Part shown: positions 60,878-64,000 of the stretch, in pieces
How the letters are laid out: every line of letters starts with the position of its first letter
How positions within the stretch are numbered: the first letter of the stretch is position 1
Assembly (NCBI RefSeq): GCF_018977255.1
Contig: NW_024704743.1
Coordinates: 83,640,001-83,704,000 of the forward strand
DNA: 64,000 nucleotides
Direction of reading: 5' to 3'
Origin: Callorhinchus milii
Lineage: Eukaryota
Made by a program: the position numbers and the translations under genes
Notes under the pieces: model-generated
Database searches by the model: none
What the model was told of the DNA's origin: nothing
What the model saw: the letters and a program-made list of their open reading frames with translations, nothing else

Positions 60878-63800
60878 CTTTAAGCAAACAAAAATGTAAA
60901 TTAAAATATTAAGATGGTTTGATATATTCACAGAACTTGACTCCTGTATAATGTTACAAGCAAAGAAAATAGATTCTCTTTTTGTGAATACCTTCTCTTC
61001 AAGGGTTCGATAGCTACTTTACATACACACAGCATATGCAAACACTGGTGAAATAAAATAAATATTCCAGAAAGCAAGTGATTTGTACAATTGGCATATT
61101 TCCTAACTATTCTATGTATTGCTATATTCCATTTAAGTATTGAAATGATTAAAGGGTTCAACACATCGAAAGTGTAGGAGGCCTTTACAAACTTTTTTTG
61201 AAAATCACAACTATGTTCAAAGCAGTTTCTCATTATAAAAATTGTGATTTGTGACCCATTGTTTGGTTCTAATTTCAGAAGAGCTGATTTAATAGTCTGC
61301 TGAGTTCACTGAACTTTGCAGTTTCCTGTGAATTTATTTTCCCATGAGGAGACTCCATTTCTCTTACTTCAGGATAGAGCCCATTATGTGAGTTTCTCTC
61401 AATAAAAATGTAACCAACGAAAGCAGAAGACACAGTTGCGTAGCGTAGCATGTGTGTTGAGTCTCGAGCATGGTTCCAATTGGCCCTGTTCCCCCCCCCG
61501 CACCACAGGGTGAATTCACCATCCACCCTGAGGACTTCTATGCAGAAGTGATGAGAAACTGGAAGGACAGTACACATATTGCTGATAAAAGGATTCGAGC
61601 ATTAGACTGCTAGCAATGGGTTCAGCTTGACTTGTCTCATGTCCTGACACAGGACGACTCAGAAAGGGCAGAAAAGGAATAGGAGTTTTCTTTAAAAGTT
61701 CGGAACAGTAAATAAATAAACTACAGAAAGTGGAGTCGTATGTAAAAAATCTGATTACAGTGGTTGCTTGAGAGTGCTTGCATAAATACTATACCGACAG
61801 GCACATTAGTGTGGAAAGCGGAGAGGTGAGCAAATTTACTACTAATAGAAAGATATCAGTACTAATGTCAGTCATTATATTTTCAGTATTTCTATTTATT
61901 TGGCAAGTCTTGAAAGAATGTGACATTGATATAGAATTCCTGAAAAAGTCATGGCTGTATTTGCTTATCGCTCATGTTAGAGTTGGATGCTGCCTAATAA
62001 GTGTTTTGTTTTGAATGAGGCTTGCAATCCAAAAATTCCTGATGGCAGCAATCCTTTAATTTGACAGCTGATAGAACATTTAGAGTTAATTGGATGAAGA
62101 CCTCGAGATCAGTTAGAAGGTGAATAGAAGTCGTGCTGCACAAAATATATGCCACAAAGGTTGTGTAGCCCTCTGCAGTGGTGATGGTTTGGCAACATTG
62201 TACGTGGATGAAAGGTAGCTGAGAATAAATATTCGAAGATGGGATTGCAGCACATCTTTTTCAGAGGCACTGAAACATTTAGAACTCAAATAATAGAATG
62301 TGCCAATTCTGATAACAGCAGAGATCACAGTCACATGAAGAAAAACATCAGTGGCTGGTGATCAATTATTCATACACGATGATGGGGGCACTGATTATTT
62401 TAGATTTATTTTAAGTGAACTATGTACAATTAGTTTGACTCTGTGATAATGCAGGTTAACTTAGTCTCGAGAAGCCCAGATTTAATCTTCAGCACAAGAT
62501 CACGATATCAGCTGAAGCCTTAGTAGAAAGAAACGCAAACCATTGGCGAACTTACCTTATTGATGAACTTACCTTATAGACAGGAGCCAACATAATAATA
62601 CCAGAGACCAATGTCCCTTCACTCTCTTAGAATAAATGATTAGCCCAGCCAGATAAAGCCAACAGCCTGAAGCCAATGTTCAGGCTTATAGCATTTACAC
62701 GTTTCTTCTGAAACATTTCTTAGATCCTAATTTCGCTCTAGTGTGGCAGTACTTTTTTGTTTGCTGTACTCAAAGCTAGGCCATGCTCTCACGACAGTGT
62801 CTTAACCTGGTTAACTGTTCAGCAAATACCAACAAATACCAAATAAAGGGTTAACTGAATTATCACACTCTCCAGGTTGCAGTTACATGCATCTTCTGCA
62901 CATGGAACTGCAGTAAACTAACCAGAGAGAACTCATTCTGTTACACACCAGGAGACATCTCGTACTGCTTTAGCAGGGAAAGAAATAAACTATCTGAGTA
63001 TTTTTTGCCTTGACATTGCAATTCATCGCTAATTTCAGGACGTTAGTTGCAGGAAGAGCAGCCAAGAAAGCATTTAATTATGCAACGTATCATTAAATTA
63101 GAAGGGTCACTTCCATGATGCATGATAGCTGGTAGATAATACCGTACGCTGAGTAACTAAATCAAATAATAGTTATTTTTATTGTAGCGCAGTAACAGGG
63201 GGTGAAAAAGCAATATTCAATGGGATAATTATCACCAGTGATATAATCACATCATTGGAAATTCTGCCATGTCACTGTCTCAGTTGTAGCCTGCTTCCCT
63301 CCCATGCCCCCACCCACTCACACCAACTTTGTTAGGCAATTTCTAGTTGATAATTAAACACTGCCTGAGGGTGTGACCTTGTTTTACAAAGTTGGTGCGT
63401 TATCCAATTTGTTATTACTAAGAAACACTGGGGAGAAATTCCGCCTGTGTCTAGAATTATTCTATTTAGTATCTCAGAGCATCCACAATTTGGCAGATTC
63501 GCAAATTCAGCCTTACTTCTGCACGTTCTTTTAAGAATTTCCCAATTTCTTTTAAGCTTTTAATTTGCCAAATTCTGGAGTTTATGAAACACTACACAAA
63601 TAGATTAACTTTACACCCAGGAGGAGCTTTTACCCAGTTGTATTTTTCAATCTCCCTCAGGGCTGGGGATGGGGGAGAAGAGGCTGTTTCAGAATTACGG
63701 CCATTAAAAACTGCTCACGTATATACTGCCCACCATCAGCTGGTTTTGTGTTTCAAATATACCTTACACCTCCAGTACTAGTATTGCTCCATTCACAATA

Positions 63801-64000
63801 TTTAGGATGCATCATACTTACCATAGAGTGATTCAGAGCAATTGCCCAGTTTTGCTCTAAGGTGGATTCCCCCATCAGAAAGTTCACTTGTTAAAATCCA
63901 ATTACAATTGGCAGATTGTAAGCTACTTTTAGTGACTTGGATTGACGACTGTAGTGATATGAAGCAAACGCCTGTTGAAGCGATCAGCTTGACTATTTTG

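Noticed and set aside
57800..64000. Other short ORFs in the MBP introns and any LTR-derived MBP regulator
   Set aside because: No recognisable domains, splice support or LTR-element features visible

Overview
Vertebrate genomic DNA, most likely from a cartilaginous fish. This is an inference from the Deu-type SINEs, an abundant tRNA-Ala-headed SINE, L2/CR1 LINEs and the MBP sequence. The + strand carries the last 27 coding exons of a multi-C2H2 zinc-finger gene recognisable as ZNF236 (978-50857). All introns are GT-AG, the phases join into one frame of about 1653 aa with 25 fingers, and the 5' exons lie upstream of the window. The - strand carries the last two coding exons and 3'UTR of myelin basic protein (MBP), tail-to-tail with ZNF236 as in other jawed vertebrates. 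Introns are rich in L2/CR1 fragments, one near-full-length dead L2 (about 29347-33240), many SINEs and two MITE-like elements. Most interesting: (1) mirror-ordered zinc-finger modules in ZNF236 (X-A-B/B'-A'-X'); (2) a CpG-rich ETS-CRE plus YY1 promoter signature at the L2 5' end inside a ZNF236 intron; (3) a candidate in-frame 153-nt extra MBP exon; (4) QKI elements in the MBP 3'UTR; (5) a composite SINE carrying a shared 150-bp 3' flank at two sites. Exon boundaries were read by eye; repeat boundaries are approximate.
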